A stretch of 62,991 nt of DNA, counting the filler, from Octopus bimaculoides (Eukaryota), in NCBI RefSeq assembly GCF_001194135.2. It is 5 parts of 4 records of this genome, joined end to end, with 100 filler letters (N's around TTAATTAATTAA, not from the genome) between each part and the next. Parts side by side here need not be neighbours in the genome. Positions count along the whole stretch, not along the records: positions 34,522 to 60,691 come from NC_068994.1; 4 more parts are not named here. One strand, 5' to 3'. This document shows, piece after piece, positions 35,216-49,500 of this stretch; position 1 is the stretch's first letter, and the number at the start of each line of letters is the position of its first letter. The notes under the pieces were generated by a model, which was not told where the DNA came from, made no database searches, and saw nothing but the letters and a program-made list of their open reading frames with translations. The translations under genes and the position numbers were made by a program.

Positions 35216-36775
35216 AAGCCTATTATTTAATGAATATGTATCAAAATAAATGCAACAAAAGACTGAGAGTAGAATCGCTACGCCATGGAGAAAATTAACG
35301 GGAAGTGTGGCAACGTCCATAACGACAACATAAGTTACGGCTATAATTCTTAATACTGGACCTTATTGTCGTTATATTTTATTCAGTTTCCTAAAAACAA
35401 TTTTCTAGAATTTAAACTAATTTAAAGTATACTCACAAGAGACTGATCGATACGTAGGAATGCAGTTATCGATATTAATATATACAATTCACAAGACATT
35501 TATTATTCAGAAATGGTGCTATGTCAAAGGTTACACTATAAATATATGCACATAACACTTTACATGCATGAGATGTGAATAATTAGCCCGTCAGTATGCT
35601 TATTACAATATTTGTGTACTATCCTCCAAAGGTTCCGTTAAATCATTCTAGATTTCTCTCTGAATTTATTCAATTGTCTATTCTCTGACGGTTTCTCCCC
35701 CTCTTTCTTCCCCCATTCCTCCCTCTATGACACACATACATATAGTGATTCTCTTCTAATTTCACAGCGAATATGCATATCCATATATCTATCTCTTTTA
35801 CCATATTCCCACGCTCGGCTTCTTCATCAGTCTGCTGTTCTCTTTATCTCTTAATGTCTAGGATAAATTTCTTTAGTACGTTAATATCCCTGTGCTTTGT
35901 AGCTCCCATGGCTGCAACGTCACAATGCTGTGCAAGTCTTTGGTACTATCCCGCATTATTTTCAGCATTCTACGTTTAGGACATTATACAATTTGGTCTT
36001 TCAGTTTTAAACCTCTAAAGTTGATTTGTTGTAGGATTTGTTACTATTTCTCGGAAGTTAAGAATCCACATACATCTTTCTTTCTCTCTATCTCTCCCAG
36101 CGTATATATAGGTGTGTGTACAGGTAAATATGTTCTGTATAATTATAAATTAGTAACATTTTTGCTGCTCTTATTTACCCTCAAAGACGTTCCTAGCAGA
36201 AGGAATAAAAATCCATAACAGTAGAAACCTTCAAATACTTCGAGGCATTAAGTACATTGGTAACTAGTTTCTAGTGCTCATTATATTTTAAAATATAGAA
36301 TGGTTTTATCTGAAGAAGGTTAACTGTTGTTGTTATCCGGTCATGAGATAAAATAGAAATTCGAACCTATGTACAAATATGCAAGCATGTTCATTTTGAA
36401 ACGATGCAGTATATTTATTTGAAGTTATTTTAAGTAATAAAGTTCATACTTAACTATCTGATATTTAAGAAAAATTCTTAATCTCAAAAAGTATTTATAA
36501 CATACCTTTTATTACTATTATCTCCAATAGGTTTCCACATTGATTATTTTGTCTGTATTAAATATGACTATAAAAAAAAAAATACACATCTTCACGTCAC
36601 ACAAGCATATGTAATTTTCCTAAATTTCATTCACACACGTAAGCAGTTTTCACAAACAGTTTCTACGTCTCTGTTTTGCAACTGCTATTTAGGTGTCTGC
36701 GCAACTTCGTTTTATGCATTGATATTACTGGTGTTTTTGTTATTCCTCCTGTTGCTGTTGCTAGTATTATTATTA

Positions 36776-36819
<44 letters not shown>

Positions 36820-38710
36820 ACGATTTTTACGAAACATTTACCGAATAGGAACAGAATTATAATTTAGGAATTCCAGCATATGTGATTCTCTAAAAGTGCT
36901 TTTTTTTATATTTCACAGAAATATTTACAACTATTTATATTTCTCTTCAAACATTGTACGCACGCACACACACACACATACACGCATACACAAATACACG
37001 CACACAGGCACGCAGATATATGCATATATGTATATATAGAGAGATACATAGCTACATATATTCATACATATATATATATGCATTCATGCCTACATAATTG
37101 CATACATACATAGATGCATATACATACATATGTATATATATATNNNNNNNNNNNNNNNNNNNNNNNNNNNNNNNNNNNNNNNNNNNNNNNNNNNNNNNNN
37201 NNNNNNNNNNNNNNNNNNNNNNNNNNNNNNNNNNNNNNNNNNNTATATGCGCACAATGTATACGTATAAATATACTTCGAAAACCGCATTTAGATATGTT
37301 TAAACTGAGGTATGTTAAAATTGGAGAGACTCTCAAAAACAAAAGTTTGTGATATATATGGATATTTAAAATATAAATCTCTGGTAAACCACGATGTTTT
37401 TGTTTGTCAATTACACATGAATGTGTCATAAGGAGAATTCATCAGCGATATAATGTAGAAAGCATAAAATTTGTCGAAGGCTGTTTTCATACAGCATGGA
37501 TCGGAATTACCGTACATTAAAAACAAAATATTTGAAGAAGCACTGACGAAGTATTTACAAATAAAAAGGTTGAATGAGTCAATAAAATATTTACTCCTCT
37601 TCTGTCTTTCTTTCTTTCTTTCTTTCTTTCTCCCTATTTATCTTTAATACACTGTCTTATGTCTCTCTTGTTTCTGATATGTCAGTCTGTCTAATCTATC
37701 TCTCCGTCCATCTGTCTCTCCGTCCATCTGTCTCTCCATCCATGTCACTTTGTCCATCCATCTGTCTCTCTGTCTGTCTGTTTGTTTTTCCCCACCCCCT
37801 CTCTCACTGTCCTACAAAGCCTTCTAAACTTTGTACGTCTTAACCTTTCATTTTTCTGTCAATATCTTCACACCAACCGTGTTTAATTCATAGATTTTTT
37901 TTCGCCATTTCTTTGCCACTTATCCACTGCCCTATCTCTATTTTGGCACACATACTGAATGTCAATATTCTCTTTCTCCCCTCTCTATCTGCCTCCCTCT
38001 ATGCACACTCATATACACATATTCGTTCTATCTTGGAGATTTTACTTTTCCAATGTCATCCTAAATATCATTTCATTTTCCATTCCGGTCTAATCAATTC
38101 TACAAAAGTGTAGTATTCATATTTACACTAACACTCCCGTTCGGTTCTATCTCACTGGATAAAGGAACCCTTCTATTGAAATCAATGGTTAAACGTTATG
38201 GTAATTTTGTTAATATTTCAACACATTGTAATCAATGTTTTCCATCATCTAATCCTTATTACATTTCCAAATAATATTTAAATATTTATGAATCTTTTCA
38301 CCAGATTTTCTGGTCACGTACTAACATAATACAAAGTGTCACGAAGGATCCAGTAGTCGGAGCATAAATCTGGCATTATTCCAGCTTTATCATCTCTTCG
38401 CCAAAAGTATTAAAGAAATGAAACAGCATCTCAAAGATATTAATAAGCCAAGGAATAGACTTCAACGTAGTCAATATCCCAAGCTAAAATTAGTATCCCA
38501 ATATCCCTCAAATAACACCGTAACGTCCTGAAGAAATAAATATTGCATAAAGTATTTGTACACATATTAAATGTGTATAAATATAGGCAAGTCGCCTGAT
38601 GGTCAGTGTGTTCGGCGCATGATCAACCAGGTTCAATTTCAGGCTCAGACAGCTCGCTGTGCTATTGAGCAAGGCAATCGATTTCACGTTGCTCTGTCTA
38701 CTATCACTCA

Positions 38711-38763
<53 letters not shown>

Positions 38764-39012
38764 ATTTCTCCCTCTTTCTCTCTTTCTTTTGCAAATCTTC
38801 CCAGCTGCGTATCCTGGATGCTCAATTTCCGTAAGGTTGTCCTTTCCTACTCACAACTACATTGGCCACTTGTAACTAGCAGCAAAAGCTTGGCATATGT
38901 TCCACAACATATTAGCACTCATATACCTGCCTGCTGGTTGTGTTAACTAACCACTAATAAACTGATAGAGTGCTTATGATTGACTTGCCTGTCCTTAAGT
39001 GTTTATATAACA

Positions 39013-39224
39013 GGTGGTGAGCTGGCATAGTCGTTAGCATGTCGGGCGAAATGCTTAGTGGTATTTCACCGCTGCGTTCTGCGTTCAAAATCCAACAAAG
39101 TCGACCTTGGCTTTCATCCTTTTTGTGTCGATGACATAAGTACCAGTTATGCACTGGGGTCGATGTAATCGACTAGCCTCCTTCCCCAGAAACATTTCAA
39201 GGACTTGTGCCTAGAGAAGAAATG
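39013..39224 (+). mobile_element. Family A SINE (tail type 1)
   Basis: GGTGGTGAGCTGGCATAGTCGTTAGCATGTCGGGCGAAATGCTTAG... Confidence 0.85.
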
Positions 39225-39343
39225 ATTATGTATTTATATAATATTAGCTTACCAACAGTATGAACTTAAATGTAGCAATAATAGAAAATAGTAGATTATG
39301 TACAAAGAAACGACTGCCGTATAATCAACAATCAATAAATATC

Positions 39344-39566
39344 TATTTCTATATTGCCCACAGAGTGGGGCTAAACATAGAGGGGACAAACAGGGACAGA
39401 CAAACACATTCAGTCGATAGCATCGACCCCAGAGCGTAACTGGTACTTATTTAATCGACCCCGAAAAGATGAAAGGCAAAGTAGACCTCGGCAGAATTTA
39501 ACGGCAGACGAAATACCGCTAAGCATTTCGCCCGGCCTGCGAACTTTTCTGCCAGCTCACCGCCTT
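39344..39566 (-). mobile_element. Family A SINE (tail type 2)
   Basis: Full head-to-tail match on the minus strand; possible AATAAATA TSD. Confidence 0.88.
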
Positions 39567-41722
39567 ATAATAAATACATATTGATGCGAAAATTAGTCGG
39601 CAAATATTCATTTATCAAAATAAAGTTTAGAGTTGTAGAGCAAATCCTATCACAAAAGATGTACTTGCACTAGGTGAATTATGAATGAACACTACTCTCA
39701 GTGGAGAGCTGAATAACAATTCAATTATTCTTATATTGTATATCTATAAAGTTTGTCTTCTCCAAGGATAAATATTTCGCCAAGTCCTGTCCATTAATTC
39801 CACTGGTTTTCTTGACTTTTATTATATCATTGGGTCTATTTAATGAAACTACAAATGATAAAGTATACAAATTTACCCTATAAAACTAATTTATACGAAA
39901 TTTATTCGTTTATAGACAAGGTTACATAAAATTACTTTAGTGTATAAAGTATAAATACCTAATTCATTGTTATTTTATCATACATTAGAAACAATGACAC
40001 AGAAGGTTAATATAATAAAATAACAGAAAGAGGATTTTCCTACTTCTATTACACCGAATGTAACCGCAAAAACGATGTCCCTGTACAGGACTTGTTGGAG
40101 TGTCGGATAAATTATTTTCAAATCATAGATGTTGCACAAAAGGCTTGCAATAGAATCGATTCCATTACGGGAAGTAACTGTAAGAAAAATATATACTCCG
40201 TATACAATCGAAAATTTGGTAAGGGAGAATCTTGCCTCTCACAATTTAGAAACATGGACCAGCAGACAAAATGGTCTCATGGGACCAGCAGACAAAATGG
40301 AAAATGCGTTCTCTCGGATGATAGCGCTGCAACAGCCACTTTGACTCGTAGGGCACTTGTGGACAGCAATCTCCCTCCCGATATCGGTAAGCAGCAATAT
40401 GGTCTGAGGGTCAAGAACACCGGAGGTGTCAGCTGCTACAGTCTCGGCCATAAACCTGTCGGATAGCAACCAATATCTTGAGAGTTTCCTTTTCTAAGCC
40501 TGACACGGTGCGGAGTCTAGGCTGGTAGATGACAACACCAAGTTGCCACAAGAGAAGGTATCACATGTAGCATTCCGGATGAGGCACTTAACGTACCCAC
40601 TGTCAAGCCTCGCTGGCTCGAACCGGGATAGATAGCATGCGGCGCCTAGACCATGCTTTATAGTTAAACTCATCAACAGATTTAATATAAAATTAGGTTG
40701 GACACTACGCGTGAAAAGAGCTTGCCAGTAGGAAGATCCTATTACACTATTTCGTTTCAAAATGAGTATCTATTCAATGCAAAGTAGTGTTAAACTGCAG
40801 ATTAATTTGTAATGTCGATGTGTGAATACACCTGTAAAAGTAAAGATTTTAAGGACTATAGTAGGAATGCGGATCTACGTTTCTCCTTTCCAATCGTTTA
40901 TTGAACGCATCAACAATTGATAGATATGTCAGATAATTAGAAAAAAAAAGTAATATTTCCATCGTTCGCATATCACCCGATTAATAGAATTCGGAAAGAT
41001 CGCTGAATCTTTAGAAGAAAAAAAAAACAAATAGCAAATTAGCAACTTGCATTATCGGGTTGTGACTAAAACCTTTTTTGTGCACGAGTAAAACTTACAA
41101 AAATAAAGCATATTTCACTTTGTCTAATTTCCAAATCTATCTACTTCAATTCATTTTGTGGAATCCAAATTCTCCCTTATTTTCTAATAGCATTTTATAC
41201 AATTTATTAGATTTTAGGTTTTGAACTTCAGAAATTAAGTTGTCATATAAAAATACACTAAGTCGCCATCGCATCTAACCGTTTCAACGAACAATAATTG
41301 CGATTACAGGAGGTTAATGTGCAAATTGTAGAATTCTACAGGTTTAGTGAAGAAATATAAAGCCACAGAAAACGATACTGTTGCTGCCTATACTACTACT
41401 ACTACTACTACTATAAATAACTAGTTAATTACTAACTAATTAACTGACGCTGCCAAAATCAAAGATGTAGTGATTATAACGATCTAAAACGAGTATACAC
41501 ATAGCAAGAGGAGGAAATTTAACCGCTAGGCTCATCTTTTATGAATATGTATATGTGTATACATATGTATATGCGTTTATAAATACACACATACATATAT
41601 ATATATATATATGTATATATATATCTATAAATATATAAATATATATATATATATATATGCATTTGTGTGTGCATACATATATGTATATGTATATATACAC
41701 ACACATATATGTATTTAGGCAC

Positions 41723-41785
<63 letters not shown>

Positions 41786-41840
41786 CGTGTGTATATACGA
41801 GCCTATAACATACATGCAAACACACACTCAACTAATTTCT

Positions 41841-42075
41841 TATTTCTTTGTTGCCCAGAAGGGGCTAAGCATAGAGGGGAAAAACAAGGACAGACAAAGG
41901 GATTAAGTCGATTACATCGACCCCAGTGCGTAACTGGTACTTAATTTATCGACCCCGAAAGTATGAATGGCAGAGTCGACCTCGGCGGAATTGGAACTCG
42001 GAACGTAACGACAGACGAAATACTGCTAAGCAATTCGCCCGGCGTGCTAACGTTTCTGCCAGCTCGCCGCCATTC
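41841..42075 (-). mobile_element. Full-length family A SINE with perfect 22-bp TSD
   Basis: TSD AACACACACTCAACTAATTTCT at 41819-41840 and 42076-42097; head GGCGGCGAGCTGGCAGAAACGTTAGCACG on the minus strand. Confidence 0.95.
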
Positions 42076-42268
42076 AACACACACTCAACTAATTTCTAAT
42101 ACGCTATACAACAGTATGATTGAATAAATAGCTCTTTGAGATGGATCAAAACGGAAGTTTGCTGTTCTACTTGTCAACTTATCACATCCACACACACACA
42201 TATATATACATATATACAGAAATATATACACATACCAACTTGCTTGTGTATGTGCATGTTTATGTTTT

Positions 42269-42312
<44 letters not shown>

Positions 42313-43727
42313 TGCATCTGTGTTTCTATGTTGTCCTCTTGCTGCATGTTTATTGTTCTCTTCTTCAACGTTGCGTCTGTGTGACAGTGAAGTTAATGAT
42401 ATTTCCGCCTCTTTCCCCCCTCTTTTTCTTGCTCTAGCGCAGCGAAATTCCCCTGTTCAATAAATGCTGCTGAAAAGACGTAAGCTAGGTGACACACGAT
42501 GCATGGACACATAAAATATGAAGCTATTTCTCGGTTCCACTTTCAAAAGGGGGATACGTGACAGATATATAGGAGCGGCCGACGTAAACCTCTTCAAGAT
42601 ACGCATAGCAGAGATTGAAAGACAACCAAATGAATTTTAGAGTTTAACGCATTGAAACAAACGAATTAAAAGCTGACGTTTTAGAGTTTCATATCACTAG
42701 AGGATTTTGGAATGTGGGATGGTAGTAACAGAAATGTAGTGGGTGTTGAATAATGGCGAAATCAACTTATAGTTAGAGGGCAGGATGTTTAAAATTAGAT
42801 ATAAAACATAAAACGGCATTAAATTCATGGTTAAAGTTTTCTCTAGACATTGTAATAATTTGGCAAATACAACATGGTGTGGCTAAAAGCAATATATTTC
42901 ATTAATAAGAAGCTAAATTAAATGTTCGAATTTATTTATTTAATTACATTTTATTTATTTGTCTATTTGTTTATTTGCTTACTCGCGAAGTTCTTCAATC
43001 ATAACACGTATACTCTTATTGATTTGTGCAATCTGTTATTGGCAATCTATTAACGAAAATGAACCTATTTCTATTTCAAATTCCTCTTTGCCTTTCATGT
43101 AGAAGCGGGTCAATCTTTTTTTTTCCAAACCGAGTAATTTTGTATTTATTGATGCTACTATCGCTAATATTGGTTTCAAATTTTAACTAAGGCCAGCAAT
43201 TCCCTGGGTGGGGTAAGCCGATGCAATGGTGTTATCCTCTCGCATAAAATTGCTGACTTTGTGTGAACATTTGAAATCGATATCACAACTACTGCTGCCG
43301 CTTACGAGCATGAGTCTTTATTCAGCCACAACGTCATCAGCCCTGTTTCCCCGGATACTGATGTCTATATGTTTCCCACTAGAAAGGACGCTGACGTGTC
43401 GCAGGATTACTAAATTGTGGACGCTTAATGGAGAGGATCAATGGGAAATATTCCTTGCTCAAAAATATAATGCGTTGCCGGGTCCAGGAATCGAAACCAC
43501 GATCTTATGCTAAGATATGCAATGCTTATTAAAATGCCAGCTAAATAATTTTAACAAAACCAAAATTAATGACGTTGATGATGATGGTGAAGATGATGAG
43601 GATAATAAGAATGATGACATCGATAATGCAATAATGGTTAACGATGACAACGACAACAACACAAAAACAACAATAATTAAAACACTTGTGTCTGGCATGA
43701 TGCAATATCTACATGCACCTTAATGGT

Positions 43728-44077
43728 GGAGGCGCAATAGCCCGGTGATCGCGGTTTTGATTCCCAGACCGGACGTGTTTATTGATCAAAAACAACTAAA
43801 AGCTCCACGAGGCTCTGGCAAGGGTGAGCGGCGTGCAAACCTTCTCTGTACACTTTCACTACAACCTTCTCTCACTATTTCTTTCTGTTTTTGTAGCACT
43901 TGTATTTCAAAGGGCCAGACTTGTCGCACTCTGTGTCACGCTGAATCTCTTCGAGAACTACGTTAAAAGTCCACGTGTCTGTGGAGTGTTCAGCCACTTG
44001 TACGTTAATTTCACGAGCAGGCTGTTCCGTTGATCGGATTAACAGGAACCCTCGTCCTCGTAACCGATGGAGTGCCA
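43728..44077 (+). mobile_element. Family B SINE (older, internally deleted head)
   Basis: GGAGGCGCAATAGCCCGGTG...GTTTTGATTCCCAGACCGG; body homologous to the other B copies. Confidence 0.88.
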
Positions 44078-44094
44078 CACTCCTTAACAACAGC

Positions 44095-44096
44095 AG

Positions 44097-44176
<80 letters not shown>

Positions 44177-44203
44177 GCTGGTGATAATAATAATAATAAT
44201 AAT
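44095..44203. repeat. (TAC)n plus (AAT)n microsatellites
   Basis: Directly visible triplet runs. Confidence 0.95.
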
Positions 44204-44914
44204 AAATATATATATATGTATGTATATTTGTATACATGTATACTTATATATACATATTTTTGTATATAAATATATATATATATGTATATATATATACATA
44301 TATACATACGTATATATATGTATGCATATATATATATATATATATGTGTGTGTATATATATATGCATATATATATATATGCATATATATATGTGTGTGTA
44401 TATATATATGCATATATATATATNNNNNNNNNNNNNNNNNNNNNNNNNNNNNNNNNNNNNNNNNNNNNNNNNNNNNNNNNNNNNNNNNNNNNNNNNNNNN
44501 NNNNNNNNNNNNNNNNNNNNNNNNNNNNNNNNNNNNNNNNNNCCGATTATGTAATTTATGTAAAGTGAATATCTGTTTTAAGTTAAAAAAGAATGATTCA
44601 TCAAGAAAACGTTCACAAAGAGATAAAGGTCAAACATTAGTATGACAAGGGTTAAATATAAATAAAGTGGTTATAACTGTAAACAATAAATAAATAACTT
44701 AAAGAATAAATAAAATCGCATGTGTCTGAAGGGAATAATTTTAGAAAAAAAAACGTGTTTTTCTACGCCGTTTTAAAAGTTTTAACCTATAATTTTATCA
44801 GAAAACAATTGTCGAAATCTCTTACTTAAAGTACAAAATAACTATGAGAAGCAAAATAATGAAAGGTAAAAAAGCATCAGACAAAATGTAGAAATGTCTG
44901 AAAAATAGAGAGAC

Positions 44915-45023
44915 GGTGATGATGTTGATGTGGTTGATGATGATGATGATTATGATGACTATAATGATAGTGACGATGATGAGGCTGATTATTGTAATGA
45001 TGATGATATTAATATTGATGATG

Positions 45024-45076
<53 letters not shown>

Positions 45077-45114
45077 CAATAAAAAATAATACTTGTAATT
45101 ACAACAGCAACGAC

Positions 45115-45162
<48 letters not shown>

Positions 45163-45197
45163 CATTATAATAATGCGCGATAATACTTGTTATAATG

Positions 45198-45228
<31 letters not shown>

Positions 45229-45395
45229 TAATAATAATAATAAACAATAATAAATAATACTTGTAATAACAACAGCAACAACGATAGTAATAATAATAAT
45301 AATACACGATAATACTTGTAATAATAATAATGATAACAACAACAACAACAGCAACAACAATAATAACAATAATAATAATAATAATAATAAAGCAA
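44915..45395. repeat. Compound (GAT)n/(AAT)n/(AAC)n array with ~170-bp higher-order duplication
   Basis: Spacer aataaacaat..aaataatacttgtaat.acaacagcaac.acgatagtaat occurs at ~45070-45125 and ~45238-45295. Confidence 0.85.
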
Positions 45396-45460
45396 TACGA
45401 AAATGTATTTTTAAATAACAAGAACAAATTTACTGCAACAACAAACTCAGACGAAAACAA

Positions 45461-45500
<40 letters not shown>

Positions 45501-46048
45501 TCTGTGGCTATATACCACGAGCAGAAAGCAATGCATTGTATTTAATTCGAGTGTAATTGTTATTATGGACAGTATTTATATTAGTAACATGAATAATGAT
45601 AATAACAGTCATATGCAAAATTAATATTACCACAGAGCGAATAATAACTATATAACGATAATTTAATATACACCATGTATACATACAGACCGATGCTAAA
45701 CAAAAAAAAAACAAAAAAAACAATAAGCATACAGAAATAGAAACAAAGCACAATAAATGAATAAATGTACAAAAATGAAAACAACACCAAGAAATATTAA
45801 TCGTAGTGAAGGCCGTATACGACATTAGAACTTGAGGCCAAATGAAGTTTTGAAAATAAATACATTGCTAGTCAAAAATATATTCTTCATTTAAATAGAC
45901 ACTGCATTACGTCTCCATTAGAGTAGTAGGCGAGGAATTCTAAAAGCCAATTAAAACATTTAAATAACTTCAGCTAGATTTACAATAATGACAAACACAA
46001 AAGAATAAACGATGAAGCAAATGCACACACATACACAGAGAAACACAG

Positions 46049-46089
<41 letters not shown>

Positions 46090-46300
46090 AATAATTTAAC
46101 AAACAAATAAGTAAAGACTTTTTTAAAATATCTGCGTATCAAGCTATCAAATAAACAAGCAGTTAAATAAATTGAAACACAATGTATCCGAAAATAACTT
46201 CTACATCCGATGATGATGATGGCGACGTTGATGATGATAGTAATAGCATTTTTCTTTAATTTTTTTTCATTTGATAGTAATAATAATAATAACAATGATG

Positions 46301-46520
46301 GTTTCAAATTTTGGTACAAGGCCAGCAATTTCGGGGAGGGGGAGTTGGTGCGTCGAATACATCCATCCAAGTACTCATCTGGTACTTATTTTATGGACCC
46401 AGAAAAGATGAAAGCAAAGTCGACCGCGGCGGAGTTTGAACTCAGAACGTAAAAGCGGACGAAATGCCGCTAAGAATTTTTGCCCGGCGTTCTAAAACGA
46501 TTCTACCAGCTCGTCACCTT
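46301..46520 (-). mobile_element. Family A SINE (tail type 1)
   Basis: aaggccagcaatttcggggaggggg...gtttgaactcagaacgta...gcccggcgttctaa..ccagctcg. Confidence 0.85.
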
Positions 46521-49500
46521 AGTAACAATACATTTCATATAACGATAACAACAACATAGTCTTAAATTTTGAACACATTCCCCTCAACATAAAATCTGTT
46601 CAAGCTTATAATTACATAGAGGGGATTATATNNNNNNNNNNNNNNNNNNNNNNNNNNNNNNNNNNNNNNNNNNNNNNNNNNNNNNNNNNNNNNNNNNNNN
46701 NNNNNNNNNNNNNNNNNNNNNNNNNNNNNNNNNNNNNNNNNNNNNNNNNNNNNNNNNNNNNNNNNNNNNNNNNNNNNNNNNNNNNNNNNNNNNNNNNNNN
46801 NNNNNNNNNNNNNNNNNNNNNNNNNNNNNNNNNNNNNNNNNNNNNNNNNNNNNNNNNNNNNNNNNNNNNNNNNNNNNNNNNNNNNNNNNNNNNNNNNNNN
46901 NNNNNNNNNNNNNNNNNNNNNNNNNNNNNNNNNNNNNNNNNNNNNNNNNNNNNNNNNNNNNNNNNNNNNNNNNNNNNNNNNNNNNNNNNNNNNNNNNNNN
47001 NNNNNNNNNNNNNNNNNNNNNNNNNNNNNNNNNNNNNNNNNNNNNNNNNNNNNNNNNNNNNNNNNNNNNNNNNNNNNNNNNNNNNNNNNNNNNNNNNNNN
47101 NNNNNNNNNNNNNNNNNNNNNNNNNATATATATATATATATATATATAAATAAACATGCGTGGATTTTGTACGTAAATAGAAACATGCATGTGTATGCTT
47201 ATAGAAACTTGTATGCAAAGGAGAATCTAAAAACAGGTACTTCCTACACGGGAATGGATTACACTTATGAAACGTATAAATTTTATATCTAGAAACACAA
47301 CATAGTGTTCTGACATGACTGTATGGTTTTTACATTTGCTGCAATGTATGTGTGCTTGTTTTAAAATAACCAGCGTAGAAGACTGAGCAGTCTCCTAATG
47401 TTTCCAATAGAGAGCCACAAACATTCGTCTTCTAATGCTTCCGCAGAAAACCATAACCATGCGCCCAACGATGTGTGTATCCTGTGTGTGAGAAAGCCTC
47501 ACGCATATAACGTTCCTGTTTATTCATATTCTGATTTATTTTAATTAATAGACGGGCAGGTTTAATACCACAGATTAATCCTCGGCTTCACTCAGCGGTA
47601 ATCAATATACAAGGTGATACTTCATCGGCTCGAGTATCAGTTTATGCCGAAAATAAGTTTCATTAAAATTTCAACTGAAACTCGCTTCGTTACTTTCTCA
47701 GCGTTATATAAACTTCTGTAATATATGCGGTTTAGGGTATATTTTAAAATCCTTTTCATATTTAAATTGAAATCAAATATACCGCAATAAAATAGATTGT
47801 ATGCGATTTATTTCTCGTATACACACATGTTTGAAGTGCTTTTAGTTAAATGCATGCAACTTCTTTAAAAACAAAATGTAATATTATGTAATATCATCTA
47901 AGATCATTTGGTTCATAACTCGGATTAAAAGTGCTTTCTATCTTCCGGTAACCATGGCATCAGTAAGAAGAAAAATGATGTAGGCATTGCTTTGTGGTTG
48001 TAATCTTCGCAAGAAAGCATGCCTGTTTGTTTTAGAACACACTCCGTTGACTTCGGTTTCCCTCGTACCGTAGGGAAATATGGGTACGCACAGATACAGA
48101 CGTACGCGCGTGCACGCCCACTCCCCACACATAAACACATACGCAAACACATACAAACACTTACTCGAACACACACATATACACTTTTATATGTTATACA
48201 TTTATAGAGAGAAACATCTAGTTTTAAATAAATATTAGAAAATGCGTTATGTTGAATCAACAAGTAGATTTACAAAAGGAAGTCGACAGAAAATGTGTTC
48301 TTTTCTCGGAACGCAAATGGGTTGGGAACACGGTAACTTTGACTTTGAATTATTGGGTAATATTGTCTGAAGAATCTTCCCGTTTATAGTAGTTGCAATT
48401 TGTCGTTTTATAGGAAATTGTAGAAATATTTGGGTTTTTTTTTTTAGTAATCAACTTGTTTGAGAAATTATGATTTCTTAAAATATTTCCTCGTTTTAGT
48501 TAAATCTCATATTAGCACTATTAATTGTTTACTATTTACGATACGAATACGTCTAAAAAGATTGTTAAAAGTACATTCAGCTACCTAACCCAGATTAGCG
48601 TGATATTTAAGAACAAAGACGAAAAGCAACCGAAGATATGACCATTTACCGATTTCACAAAACTAAAACATTTGAAATGTGAAGATGAATAACTAGAGCA
48701 AAGTCTAATACTTTGTAACGACATGGAATTCTTTTTCCTCGTGGTTCCTTTGAGTATATAGATATGATTAAAGGTCTGGAAAATGTAAAAATGAATTGCT
48801 CATTAGACAAGTATAATATCGAATGAACTGGATTACAAAGACTGCCCTTTCTTTGCGGAAAGATCAGTCTTACACATTTAATCACATTACCACAAGGAAA
48901 CCGAAATATCAGGTATGTAGATTTTATTGTGACTCAGTATTGTTTATATAGATATATTTGAAATTCGGAGTAATGTAAGTGTAAATTGCTAAGCTAGTAA
49001 CTATGACTATTTTCACACGAACTGCGTAAGAATGGCTGCCAAGGCAGAAAGATAATTCTCACACATTTAATATATTTACTACCGACAAATCGGAAACAGT
49101 CTTCAGTATATTTGCACTAAATGATAGCCAGAAGAGAACAGTAACTTATAGAAGAATTCGGTGTTTGATATTGTACCCCAAATTAAATTGGATGTAATAT
49201 ATTCTCAATAACTCTAACCCTCGATCTCATTGAACCCCATTGTGTGCATTAGTTAATTAAGCCGCAATAAATGGACGAAACTTTAGAAACTACAAACTCA
49301 CTTAAATATAAATAAAGATGAACTTCTGATAAAGTCAATTGATTTAGTAAACTTTTGACATTTTGTAGTATTATGAAGGGAAAGGAATGAAATTAGTAGT
49401 TGAGTGAAATACCAATAACTAGACACTCCTGGCGTAGTGACTATGATTATATATGGCAGGTACGTGACTTGGAGCGAATGTACTCTATGAGAATGGGAAT

